Positions 50,854 through 59,737 of a stretch of 64,000 bases of DNA are shown here, piece by piece (position 1 is the stretch's first letter; each line of letters starts with the position of its first letter). Position numbers and translations under genes: made by a program. The notes beneath the pieces were generated by a model. The model was not told the DNA's origin. It made no database searches and saw only the letters and a list, made by a program, of their open reading frames with translations. Source of the DNA: Bacteroidales bacterium. GTDB lineage: Bacteria > Bacteroidota > Bacteroidia > Bacteroidales > UBA3663. The stretch is taken from positions 63,727-127,726 of the forward strand of contig JAZNGG010000061.1 in assembly GCA_045576355.1 (NCBI GenBank), in the 5' to 3' direction.

Positions 50854-51083
50854 CACGGTGAATTGTTGTTTTTTTGTTATGATGTCTATGAAGCCGTCTG
50901 GTGTTTAAACCTAGTTTCACGCATCATTTTATATCTCAGACCATCGATCAGATGGTCGTGCAGAGGAAAGAGAGAATACAATGTTTTAACTCTGCCCTCA
51001 TAGATTAAGAGTTACCTGAGATCGACAAAACATAACGTATCCACGCAATTAATTAAAACGTCTAACCGAAAAACTTAAATAAT

Positions 51084-53792
51084 ATGTGTAACAGAAAAGG
51101 GGTGAAACTGACGGTCGCCATGTGGTGCCTGTCTGTTGCTTTTGCGTGGGCGCAATCAGTGCCAAAGCCTCATGTTGCCCAGCAAAATGAAGAGGAAGAT
51201 AACTCTGATTTTGCCTTTACGGAAAGCCAGTTGGATGAAGATCTTGATGCTTCGCAAGCTGTTTCGGTCATTGTTTCGTCAAACAATGATCCCTACGCTT
51301 CTGAAGTGGGTTATTTGTTTAGTCCGATGCGCTTTAGGGTACGTGCTTATGACAATATGTACAATCAGACTTACATGAACGGCTTGTTGCTCAACGACCT
51401 TGAGACAGGACGATTCAACTATAGTATGATTGGCGGTATGAACGATGCCACACGCAATCAGGAAGGTGTCTCATCATATGAAAACAATGCTTTCGGTATG
51501 ACCGGAGTGGGTGGGGCAAACAATATCAACACCCGTGCGAGTCAGTTCGCATCCGGTAGTAAATTGGCATTATCAGCTTGCAATCGCAATTATAAGGCTC
51601 GCGCCATGTACACCTATTCCACCGGGATGATGTCCAATGGTTGGGCTTTCGCCGGAACGTTGGGCTATCGCTGGGCGGATGAGGGCGTTATCGAAGGTAC
51701 TTACTATAACTCTTTCAGTTATTTGCTTTCAGCCGAAAAGCGTATAAATGATCATCATAACCTGTCGTTGGTGACATTCGGTTCTCCCACCGAACGAGGT
51801 CAACAAGGTGCTTCTACGGAGGAGGCATATTGGCTCGCCAATGATCATTATTATAATCCCAACTGGGGTTATCAGAATGGCAAGAAGCGTAACTCCCGTG
51901 TTGTAAATGACTTCGAACCGACAGCTATCATGACATGGGACTGGAAGCTGGATGAAAATCGTCGTCTTTCCACAGCTGCCGGTTATAAATATAGCATGTA
52001 TAGTTCGACGGCTTTGAGTTGGAGTGGCAATGCCTATGATCCACGTCCGGACTATTATAAAAATATGCCCAGCTCGATCTTTAATGTTTATAATCCGGAG
52101 ACGAATAATCCTGATTATTTTGAGCAGCATCCTTATCTTTTAGACGAATATAATACCCTTTTGGACTATTGGTCAGTCAAGGCCAATCGTCAGGTCAATT
52201 GGGATCGCATGTATGCTGTCAACCGCATCAGTGAAGCTGCGGGAGGAGAGGCTCTCTATTATCAGGAACGTCGTCATAATGATCAGCGAGTGTTTGCGCT
52301 TAGTTCTACGTGGAATCACTACATCAATACTCATCATAAATATACTGCAGGAGTGGTTCTTAACTCTACTAAAGGTATGCATTATAAAACTATGGCAGAC
52401 CTTTTAGGTGCAGCTCGTTTTACCGATGTAGATAAGTTCGCAGCCCGTGACTATGGACCGAACAGCCAGGAGGCTCAAAATGATTTGCGTAATCCTAACA
52501 GGCAGATTAAGGTAGATGACAAATTTGGCTATAATTACAACATTTTTGTCAACAAAGCTAAAGCCTGGGCGCAATATCAATACTCTGTCGGCCGATTTAA
52601 TTTCCTTGCCGGAGGATTTGCAGAAGGGACTATGATCGAGCGTGAGGGTCTCATGCAAAATGGTCGTGCACCCGAAAACTCCTATGGCAAGAGTGGTGCT
52701 GCTAAGTTTATGGGAGGTGGTGGAAAAGCCTCTCTCATCTGGAGTCCTATTGCCAATCATCGTATCAGTCTCTCCGGTGGTTATGAGTCTGTCGCTCCTT
52801 TGGCCCGTAATAGCTTTGTTGCTCCCCGTATGCAAAATAACTTTGTGGACAACCTTTCGACAGAGGATATCCTCCATGGTGAGGCTACTTATAATTTTCG
52901 TTTTGGACCTGTTTATGGTAAAATCAGCGGCTATTATTCGAAGTTTATGAATGTTGTTGAACAAACAGCTTTCTATAATGATCAGCAATCCAGCTTTACC
53001 TATTTGACTATGAGTAATATAGAGCGTGAGCACTATGGCATTGAGGCAGCTTTGGTCTATAACATCACCGGCAATCTCGCTCTTAACTTCTTAGGTACGG
53101 TCAGTGAAGCTAAATATATCAATAACCCTTATGCACAAGTCAATTATGAGGGTATGGATGGCTCACAGATTGCCACACTCAATAAGTGGAAAAATCCTGT
53201 GACAGGCAAAGAAATGCCTCTGATGGTGCTTGCAGATGGTATGCGGGTTAATGGTACACCGCTTACAGCCCTTAGTCTTGGCTTTGATTATAATGTCAAT
53301 GGTTGGTTTTTTGCTGCCAATGTTAACTACTATGATCGAGTACACATCGGTTATTCGGCTTATCGTCGCTTAAGTAACGTGGTTGGTAACTATACCCAGA
53401 GTGGCGTTACCTCAGAGGGTATCCCAACTTTTGATGTGACTCGTGAAGAACTGAACCTCAATGGAGGTGTCTTGTTTGACGAAGCCGGTAATTGTGTGGC
53501 TACCTATGCTGCAGAGCAGGAGGAGTTTGATGGCGACTTTATGGTGGATTTCTCCATCGGACGTTATATCCGCCTCAAGGGAGGAAAGAGTTTGAGCATC
53601 AATCTCTCTGTTCAGAATGCACTTAATAATGAAGATATCCGTACCGGAGGGTATGAGCAAAATCGAGATGATAAATATTATGGCATTGATGGATCAGAGG
53701 GTCGTGAGAAGGATTATGTCTTCTCAAAAAATAATAAATATTATTATGCCAATGCTCTCAATGCTTTCTTAAACATCGGTTTCAGATTTTGA
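51084..53792 (+). CDS. TonB-dependent receptor-like outer-membrane beta-barrel (not paired with a SusD)
   Basis: Signal peptide '..VAFAWAQ', plug-like 'FSPMRFRVRAYDNMYNQTYMNGLLLND', alternating beta-strand pattern, terminal 'FLNIGFRF'. Confidence 0.75.
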   Translation: MCNRKGVKLTVAMWCLSVAFAWAQSVPKPHVAQQNEEEDNSDFAFTESQLDEDLDASQAVSVIVSSNNDPYASEVGYLFSPMRFRVRAYDNMYNQTYMNGLLLNDLETGRFNYSMIGGMNDATRNQEGVSSYENNAFGMTGVGGANNINTRASQFASGSKLALSACNRNYKARAMYTYSTGMMSNGWAFAGTLGYRWADEGVIEGTYYNSFSYLLSAEKRINDHHNLSLVTFGSPTERGQQGASTEEAYWLANDHYYNPNWGYQNGKKRNSRVVNDFEPTAIMTWDWKLDENRRLSTAAGYKYSMYSSTALSWSGNAYDPRPDYYKNMPSSIFNVYNPETNNPDYFEQHPYLLDEYNTLLDYWSVKANRQVNWDRMYAVNRISEAAGGEALYYQERRHNDQRVFALSSTWNHYINTHHKYTAGVVLNSTKGMHYKTMADLLGAARFTDVDKFAARDYGPNSQEAQNDLRNPNRQIKVDDKFGYNYNIFVNKAKAWAQYQYSVGRFNFLAGGFAEGTMIEREGLMQNGRAPENSYGKSGAAKFMGGGGKASLIWSPIANHRISLSGGYESVAPLARNSFVAPRMQNNFVDNLSTEDILHGEATYNFRFGPVYGKISGYYSKFMNVVEQTAFYNDQQSSFTYLTMSNIEREHYGIEAALVYNITGNLALNFLGTVSEAKYINNPYAQVNYEGMDGSQIATLNKWKNPVTGKEMPLMVLADGMRVNGTPLTALSLGFDYNVNGWFFAANVNYYDRVHIGYSAYRRLSNVVGNYTQSGVTSEGIPTFDVTREELNLNGGVLFDEAGNCVATYAAEQEEFDGDFMVDFSIGRYIRLKGGKSLSINLSVQNALNNEDIRTGGYEQNRDDKYYGIDGSEGREKDYVFSKNNKYYYANALNAFLNIGFRF

Positions 53793-54012
53793 GAGTTTAG
53801 TAGTTTTAATAGTTTAGAGGTTTAGGAGTTTAGTAGTTTAATAGTTTAAAAGTTTAATAGTTTAGTAGTTTAGAAGTTTAAGAGTTTAAGAGTTTATAAT
53901 TTCAACCCCTCAGCACGCGAAGCCCACGACCAAAGGGAGTAACCCCTAAACTCTTCAACCCCTCAACCAATCAACTCCTCAACCAATCAACCCCTCAACC
54001 AATAACCCCAAT
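53793..54012 (+). repeat. Intergenic repeat family, copy B (inside the operon)
   Basis: About 13 units of AGTTTARN (53793-53900), a GC-rich centre (53901-53945), then about 8 units of NNTCAACC (53946-54010). Confidence 0.85.
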
Positions 54013-54024
54013 AACAATAATCCT

Positions 54025-54891
54025 ATGAAGAAATTCTTTTCCTTTATATTGATCTCTGCACTTGCCCTTGCTACTTGGACAGCATGTGTCGAAGATCAGC
54101 ATGAAGATCCCAATACAGACCATTATCTTGTGACCAGCCCGGTCTCTTTAGGTAGAACAAATACTACGATCGGAGAGTTAAAAAGCCGTTACTCTTCCTA
54201 TATGACTCAGTCCAATGCCTTTGTCAAGGTAGAAGAAGATCTTATCTTTGAGGGAGTTGTAGTGGCTAATGACATCAGTGGTAACCTTTATCAGACGCTT
54301 ATGCTACGAGATGGAGATGACGCCATTGTCCTTGGAGTCAAGAATACATGTCTTTATCCTTATTTCGCATTCGGACAGTGTATAAAGGTGAACCTTAAAG
54401 GCCTTTATATTGGTAACTATAGCAAGACACCGAAGATTGGCCAGCCTTATCAGACCAGCGCCGGCAATTGGCGTTTGGGTCCTATGCTTTTCCCTCTTTT
54501 GGCTGAAAATGTCGAAATTATCGGCAGACCTGATACAACCTATGCAGAGTGCATCCCTGTAGAACCTACAGTCGATTGGCTTAAATCAAGCAGTAACCAA
54601 AACTATCAGAATGCACCGATGTTGGTTACCGTTGAAGGTGTCTTTACAGAGGCGGATGGCAAAGCCACTTTTGCACCGGATGAATTGAAGGATGCAGGCT
54701 ATGGTGTCGATCGTTCATTTAAGGTGGGTACTTCTACAACAGTTACAATCACAGTTCGTACCAGTACGCAGAATGAGATTTCATACGAAGTGTTGCCACA
54801 AGGACAAGTTCGCCTTACCGGTATGCTGACCTATTACAGCGGTTGGCAACTCCAGCTTCGCAGCCTTGACGATATTGAGGTCCTCGAATAA
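54025..54891 (+). CDS. Surface lipoprotein with an OB-fold-like domain (resembles the DUF5689 family)
   Basis: Lipobox 'WTAC' followed by acidic VEDQHED. 'FEGVVVANDISGNLYQTLMLRDGDDAIVLGV' and 'GQCIKVNLKGLYIG' resemble the OB-fold modules seen next to Bacteroidota nucleases (recollection only). Confidence 0.55.
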   Translation: MKKFFSFILISALALATWTACVEDQHEDPNTDHYLVTSPVSLGRTNTTIGELKSRYSSYMTQSNAFVKVEEDLIFEGVVVANDISGNLYQTLMLRDGDDAIVLGVKNTCLYPYFAFGQCIKVNLKGLYIGNYSKTPKIGQPYQTSAGNWRLGPMLFPLLAENVEIIGRPDTTYAECIPVEPTVDWLKSSSNQNYQNAPMLVTVEGVFTEADGKATFAPDELKDAGYGVDRSFKVGTSTTVTITVRTSTQNEISYEVLPQGQVRLTGMLTYYSGWQLQLRSLDDIEVLE

Positions 54892-54958
54892 ACGCCAAAC
54901 AGCGAAGAGAGATTTTTCGGACAACTTTTAACATCACGAATATAATAATTATAACAAT

Positions 54959-57151
54959 ATGAAAAAGCACATTTTATTTTTGTCGATAGCTGCCATGATG
55001 GCTGCTTTTACGGCATGTGAGGATGTTCCCGCGCCTTACGAACTGAATGTAGAGGGCGGAACAGAAGAGCCGGACGGGCCAAAGACTTTGCCCTACACCG
55101 AAAGTTTTGCTACTACTCTTGGTGCTTACACCAACTATACCACAGATGGAGGTGGAGCATGGGTATGTGATTACAGCACTGCCAAAGCATCCGGTTATGA
55201 TAATGGTACGAAGGTAACCACAGCCGGTACATATTATCTCGTATCTCCTAAAATCTCATTAGCAGACCTTACCGAAGGTGCGCATGTTACTTATGATTAT
55301 ATTCTCCGTTATAATAAAGGAAATGAGAATCAACAGGTCTTGATCTCCTCTGATTTTGTAGATGATCCTAAGACAGCAACTTGGACACTTTTGCGCCAGA
55401 CGCATACAGAGGGAACGGATTGGGTGACATTTGAAAAAGGCGTTGTCAATTTCCCGGATTCTCTGATTGGACAGGATGTAGTCGTTGCTTTCCGTTATAG
55501 CACTAATGCCACCAGTGGCTCGACCTGGGAAGTTAAAAATGTCTCAGTACAATCCGGAAAAGTGGATGGAGCAGATCCGGAGGGTACAACTACTGCCCCT
55601 GAGGTAGGAGGTGTGAAGACTTTGCCTTATAGTGAAGCATTCTCTTCTACTATGGGTAGCTTCGCCAATGAGACTGTCAGCGGTAGTGGAGCATGGATCA
55701 TCGATTACAGCACTGCCAAGGCTACGGGCTATGACAATAGCTCTAAATTGACTACTGCCGGAACGTATTACCTTGTTTCTCCAGAGATTGACCTTAATGG
55801 CGTGACTGAAGCACATGTGGCATACGAATATATCCTTCGCTATAATAAGGGTAATGAGAATCAACAATTGTTTATTACAGCCTCTTATGGAGAGAACGCA
55901 GCCACTACAGAGTGGACACTTTTGAAAAATGACCACAAAGAGGGCACTGATTGGATTACCTTTGAAAAAGCTGACATCGATATTCCTGCTGACTTCTTAG
56001 GCAAGACTATCCGCTTGGCATTCTATTATAATACCAATGCCACCAGCGGTTCGACATGGGAAGTGCGTAACTTCTCTATCTCTGAGGGTAAGGCAGGCGA
56101 ATCTACCGGTGATGACAATACCGGATCGGGTGATGTAGCTCCTGTCGGAGATAACCTCGTGGGCAATGGAGATTTTGAGGCTTGGAATGGTTCTGTCCCT
56201 GCCAACTGGAAATCTACCACCACAGCCAGCAGTGCTTCATTGTCTCAGTCTTCGGATGCTCATGGCGGTAGCTATGCGGTCTGTGTAGAAGGTACAACAT
56301 CAGGCAACAAACGTTTGGCATATAAAGAGATTACGTTGAAGGCCGGAACATATAATATCAAGTTCTATGCTAAAGCGGCCACATCTACCGGAGCATCGAT
56401 CGTGCCCGGATATGTGCCGGTAGTAGATGGTAAGGTCGGCACTTATATGTATGGTGAATATGTCAATGACCTAACCACATCTGAGTGGGTTGAGGTAAGT
56501 CAGTCTTTCACTTTGACCACAGAGTCTGTAGTCAATCTTGTGATTATGAACTCTAAGAAAGTGGGTGGTGCCGTACTCATTGACGATTACTCTTTGACCA
56601 CCTCTGATGGAGCTCTTGTCGATGGAGGCAACAGCGATAGCGGTAATGATGATGGAGGAGATAGCGGAACAACAACACCGACCGATGCCATTTATAGCAA
56701 CACATTCGCTACCAATCCGACCGATTGGACCATAGACAACAAGCACATGGGAGAGGGGTTATCTTACGTTTGGGCACATTCTACTTATAACTCCGATGCT
56801 TATATGAAAGCCTCAGCCTATAAGGGTGGTGCTGTTGAAGCAGAAAGTTGGTTGATCTCTCCTGCATTGGATTTGTCCGGTGTTACTTCTGCCACCTTCT
56901 CTTTCTCACATACTTGTAAATTCTGTCGCAATATGCAGCAGGAGTTGACTGTATGGGCAACAGCCGATGGTAGTAATTGGACACAACTTACCATTTCTGC
57001 TTACCCATCCAATAGCGATTACACCTTTGTTGCAGCTTCGGCAGATCTTTCAGCCTTTGCCGGTAAAAGCGGTGTAAAAGTTGCGTTTAAGTATATAAGT
57101 TCAGCTTCTGCAGCCGGAACTTGGGAAGTTAATAATGTGGTAATCAAGTAA
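54959..57151 (+). CDS. Surface lipoprotein with three choice-of-anchor-J (MAM-like) modules and a central CBM-like module
   Basis: Lipobox 'FTAC' followed by EDV. Modules at aa ~42-198 and ~222-378 are near-duplicates ('KTLPY.E.F..T.G...N.T..G.GAW..DYSTAKA.GYDN..K.TTAGTYYLVSP'). The central part has 'GNGDFEAWNGSVPANWKS'. The third module has 'ESWLISPALDLSG..GTWEVNNVVIK'. Confidence 0.65.
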   Translation: MKKHILFLSIAAMMAAFTACEDVPAPYELNVEGGTEEPDGPKTLPYTESFATTLGAYTNYTTDGGGAWVCDYSTAKASGYDNGTKVTTAGTYYLVSPKISLADLTEGAHVTYDYILRYNKGNENQQVLISSDFVDDPKTATWTLLRQTHTEGTDWVTFEKGVVNFPDSLIGQDVVVAFRYSTNATSGSTWEVKNVSVQSGKVDGADPEGTTTAPEVGGVKTLPYSEAFSSTMGSFANETVSGSGAWIIDYSTAKATGYDNSSKLTTAGTYYLVSPEIDLNGVTEAHVAYEYILRYNKGNENQQLFITASYGENAATTEWTLLKNDHKEGTDWITFEKADIDIPADFLGKTIRLAFYYNTNATSGSTWEVRNFSISEGKAGESTGDDNTGSGDVAPVGDNLVGNGDFEAWNGSVPANWKSTTTASSASLSQSSDAHGGSYAVCVEGTTSGNKRLAYKEITLKAGTYNIKFYAKAATSTGASIVPGYVPVVDGKVGTYMYGEYVNDLTTSEWVEVSQSFTLTTESVVNLVIMNSKKVGGAVLIDDYSLTTSDGALVDGGNSDSGNDDGGDSGTTTPTDAIYSNTFATNPTDWTIDNKHMGEGLSYVWAHSTYNSDAYMKASAYKGGAVEAESWLISPALDLSGVTSATFSFSHTCKFCRNMQQELTVWATADGSNWTQLTISAYPSNSDYTFVAASADLSAFAGKSGVKVAFKYISSASAAGTWEVNNVVIK
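55082..56093 (+). repeat. Intragenic tandem duplication (two ~470-bp modules)
   Basis: 55082-55553 and 55622-56093 encode clearly alignable ~157-aa modules. Confidence 0.8.
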
Positions 57152-57153
57152 AG

Positions 57154-58110
57154 ATGACCGAGAAACTAATATATATATTGTTCTACCTCTTCACCGCTTC
57201 GGTAACACTTTGTGGTGTTACCTCTTGCGATGAGGAGGATGAATATACCTGGGTGACCGGGTCCGGAAATAACAATTCTGGAGAAGGAGAGGGTGAAGGA
57301 GAAAGTGGAGGATCCGGATCAGAAAATAATAACCTGGGAGAAAGCGTTGTCTATCAGCCATATCAGTTGAATGTTGAGGTTCCGGCACTTAAAGAGGGTA
57401 ATCTATATGTCTATCATAACACTATATCGGGATCGGATTCTGTGATGACCTATTGTTATGAATATAATCCGGAGAAACAACACACACGTTGGATTGCTTT
57501 CCGTTTTGACGGTAAGACCCGAGCAAAGTCGGTAAGTCGTTCTGATGCGTGGAGTGACGATCCAAAATTGCCGGTCGAATGTCATATCGGGACGGAGGGT
57601 TTCAGTGGCTTTGATCGAGGACATATATGTGCCTCTGCCGATCGCCTATATAGCTATGCCGCCAATGCCCAAACTTTTTATATGTGTAATATGTCTCCTC
57701 AATACTCTCGTTTTAACCAGAACTATTGGGTCGCTTTCGAGGGTCACGTTCAGGATTTAGGACGTAATGCCTCTTTTGCTGATACCCTCTATGTAGTCAA
57801 GGGTGGAACTATCGAGGATAACCAGATACTCAGTTATGTGCATCGTTATAATGGAGCTTCTGTAGCCGTTCCTGCATACTACTTTATGGCTTTGCTAAAG
57901 GTGAAAAATAATGTTTATACCGGCATTGCCTTTTGGACAGAACACAAGAACACTAATTATGGCAATGTTGGCAAATCTGCGATAGCAGCAGCTGCCGTTA
58001 CCATCGATGAATTGGAAGAGAAAACCGGTATAGATTTCTTCCACAACCTTCCGGATGCAGCAGAAACTGCCGTTGAAAAGAGCTTTACACTCAGTGCCTG
58101 GAGTTTGTAG
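57154..58110 (+). CDS. DNA/RNA non-specific endonuclease (Serratia NucA / Endonuclease_NS family), surface lipoprotein
   Basis: Lipobox 'VTSC' followed by DEEDE; G/E/S linker; active-site block 'FDRGHICASADR....TFYMCNMSPQ...FNQNYWVAFE'. It starts 2 nt after the previous stop. Confidence 0.85.
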   Translation: MTEKLIYILFYLFTASVTLCGVTSCDEEDEYTWVTGSGNNNSGEGEGEGESGGSGSENNNLGESVVYQPYQLNVEVPALKEGNLYVYHNTISGSDSVMTYCYEYNPEKQHTRWIAFRFDGKTRAKSVSRSDAWSDDPKLPVECHIGTEGFSGFDRGHICASADRLYSYAANAQTFYMCNMSPQYSRFNQNYWVAFEGHVQDLGRNASFADTLYVVKGGTIEDNQILSYVHRYNGASVAVPAYYFMALLKVKNNVYTGIAFWTEHKNTNYGNVGKSAIAAAAVTIDELEEKTGIDFFHNLPDAAETAVEKSFTLSAWSL

Positions 58111-58300
58111 GTAGGTTGGTTTAGGGGTTTAGGGCTACGCCCTGCTATGGCAGATGGCTATGGCGATGGCTCCTCTCGACCCTTAAACTTTTCAACTCCT
58201 CAACCAAAAGGGCTGCGCCCTTGCTATGGCAGATGGCTATGGCGATGGCTCCTTTCAACTCCTAAACCCCTCAACTCTTCAACCAATAAACCCTTCAACC
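58111..58300 (+). repeat. Intergenic repeat family, copy C (tandem 78-bp duplication, core inverted)
   Basis: GGGCTACGCCCTGCTATGGCAGATGGC (58132-58158) is the exact reverse complement of the 27-bp core at 60078-60104. A second unit starts at 58210. Each unit is followed by TCAAC tracts. Confidence 0.9.
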
Positions 58301-58313
58301 TCCTACCCACGAA

Positions 58314-58378
58314 AGCAACGTTGCCGGAAAATCTCCCTTCAAAAGAGAAAAATTCCGGCAACGTTGCTATTATTTTTA
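58314..58378 (+). terminator. Strong intrinsic terminator of the receptor-nuclease operon
   Basis: Perfect 16-bp inverted repeat AGCAACGTTGCCGGAA (58314-58329) / TTCCGGCAACGTTGCT (58353-58368), followed by ATTATTTTTAAT. Confidence 0.7.
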
Positions 58379-58640
58379 ATAAATATTATCAGATCTTATC
58401 TTTGCTGTACAAAAAAGAAAATGATTATAAAACCGATAATAACATAAATGAAATGATACACGAAAACGCTTAGTGATTCTAATGTTTGATTATGTTACTT
58501 AGAATTCTTTTTATGAAGTTTTGTTTTTTATGAACACTTGTTTTATGAAGTTTTGTGGATTATTTTTTCACCTTATTCCTCAATTTTATTAAACTGATTT
58601 GCTTTTCATTGACAGATGAACGATTTGGCAGAAATATCAT

Positions 58641-58648
58641 TATCTTTG
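58641..58648 (+). promoter_or_regulatory. -7 box (TATCTTTG) for the BASS-type transporter gene
   Basis: Exact TAnnTTTG, 62 nt upstream of the ATG at 58710. Confidence 0.5.
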
Positions 58649-58709
58649 CACGTCAATTAGAGATTTCTTCCCTTGCGGGACAGTTCTCTAAAGTTTGAAA
58701 TGCGATATT

Positions 58710-59678
58710 ATGATACGATCAGTCATTCGATTTATAAAAAACTGGGCACTACCGATAGCCATTATCATGGGTGCATTATCTTACTTTTTATATAGCTCAC
58801 TCCCATTCGGAGAAGAGGTTCATCGGCATGTAAACCAGGGTGTTGTCATCGTACAGCCGTTATTACTTTTTCTGATGCTCTTCTTGACATTTTGTAAGAT
58901 TTCGCCTCATGAACTTCGTCCTCGTCGATGGCATATCGGGTTATTACTCATTCAGACCCTCTCTTATGCACTTTTTGCTTTGATTGCCATGCTTTTGCCG
59001 GAGGAGGGAGGATGGCGAGTATTGGCTGAGGGTGCCATGGTCATGATGATTTGTCCGACAGCGACAGCATCGGCTGTCATTACTGCGCGTTTGGGAGGTA
59101 ATATTTCGGGATTGGTCTCATACATCATCATCAGTAACTTTGTCATTGCCCTTTGGGCTCCCTTGTTTCTTTCTTTGGTCAATCCTCATGGAGATATTGG
59201 CTTCGGAGAGTCTTTCTTTCTGATTTTGGGAAAAGTCTTTCCGTTGCTCATTTGCCCCTTGATGCTTGCTTGGGTCATCCGTTACTTGTTGCCCTCGTTT
59301 CATCGCATATTGCAACGCTATACCTATCTCACCTTCTACCTTTGGGCAGCATCTCTCTCTTTGGCCATCTGTGTCACGACCAAAAACATCGTTCATAGTG
59401 ATGTTTCTGTATGGTATATGATCGGGTTAGCGTTTATCTCGTTGATATGTTGTGTCTTTCAATTTGGTTACGGACGAAAAATCGGACTACGCTATGGAGA
59501 GAAAATCTCTGCGGGTCAGGCATTGGGACAGAAAAACACCGTTTTTGCCATCTGGATGGCATATACATTTCTGACACCTGTAACAGCCACCGTTGGGGGA
59601 TTCTATAGTATCTGGCACAACATTTTTAACTCCTGGCAACTCTATCAAGCCAGAAAGAGGAGAGAAGAAGAACTGTGA
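58710..59678 (+). CDS. Bile acid:sodium symporter (BASS)-family-like membrane transporter
   Basis: About 10 TM segments. 'ALPIAIIMGALSYF' and 'MMICPTATASAVITARLGGN' resemble BASS/ACR3-fold carriers. The ATG at 58710 is preferred over the TTG at 58695. Confidence 0.6.
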   Translation: MIRSVIRFIKNWALPIAIIMGALSYFLYSSLPFGEEVHRHVNQGVVIVQPLLLFLMLFLTFCKISPHELRPRRWHIGLLLIQTLSYALFALIAMLLPEEGGWRVLAEGAMVMMICPTATASAVITARLGGNISGLVSYIIISNFVIALWAPLFLSLVNPHGDIGFGESFFLILGKVFPLLICPLMLAWVIRYLLPSFHRILQRYTYLTFYLWAASLSLAICVTTKNIVHSDVSVWYMIGLAFISLICCVFQFGYGRKIGLRYGEKISAGQALGQKNTVFAIWMAYTFLTPVTATVGGFYSIWHNIFNSWQLYQARKRREEEL

Positions 59679-59737
59679 TGATGGAAAATTTAGTTTTTTG
59701 AATTTATTACTATCCGATATAAATCAAAACTCAAAAA

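Noticed and set aside
50854-51083. Cobalamin or TPP riboswitch in the receptor leader
   Set aside because: There is no B12 box (GCCACTG) and no TPP 'CTGAGA...ACCTGATCTGGATAATGCCAGCG'-like core. Only generic hairpins are present. It is kept as a low-interest unclassified leader instead.
42831-54012. Idea that the GTTTAR arm and the TCAAC arm of copies A and B form a long perfect hairpin, possibly strand-specific through G-U pairs
   Set aside because: I paired the units by hand. GUUUAA against UUCAAC gives a U-C mismatch on the + strand and a G-A mismatch on the - strand in every unit, not wobble pairs. Only short local matches such as AAGAGTTTA/TAAACTCTT are perfect, so I do not claim a long stable stem.
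58147-58473. ORFs 58147..58473 and 58226..58447 ('MADGYGDGS...')
   Set aside because: They are read through the tandemly duplicated intergenic repeat (copy C) and across the strong terminator hairpin at 58314-58368. Both begin at the repeated CTATGGCAGATGGC core and differ only by repeat unit, so they are an artefact of the repeat.
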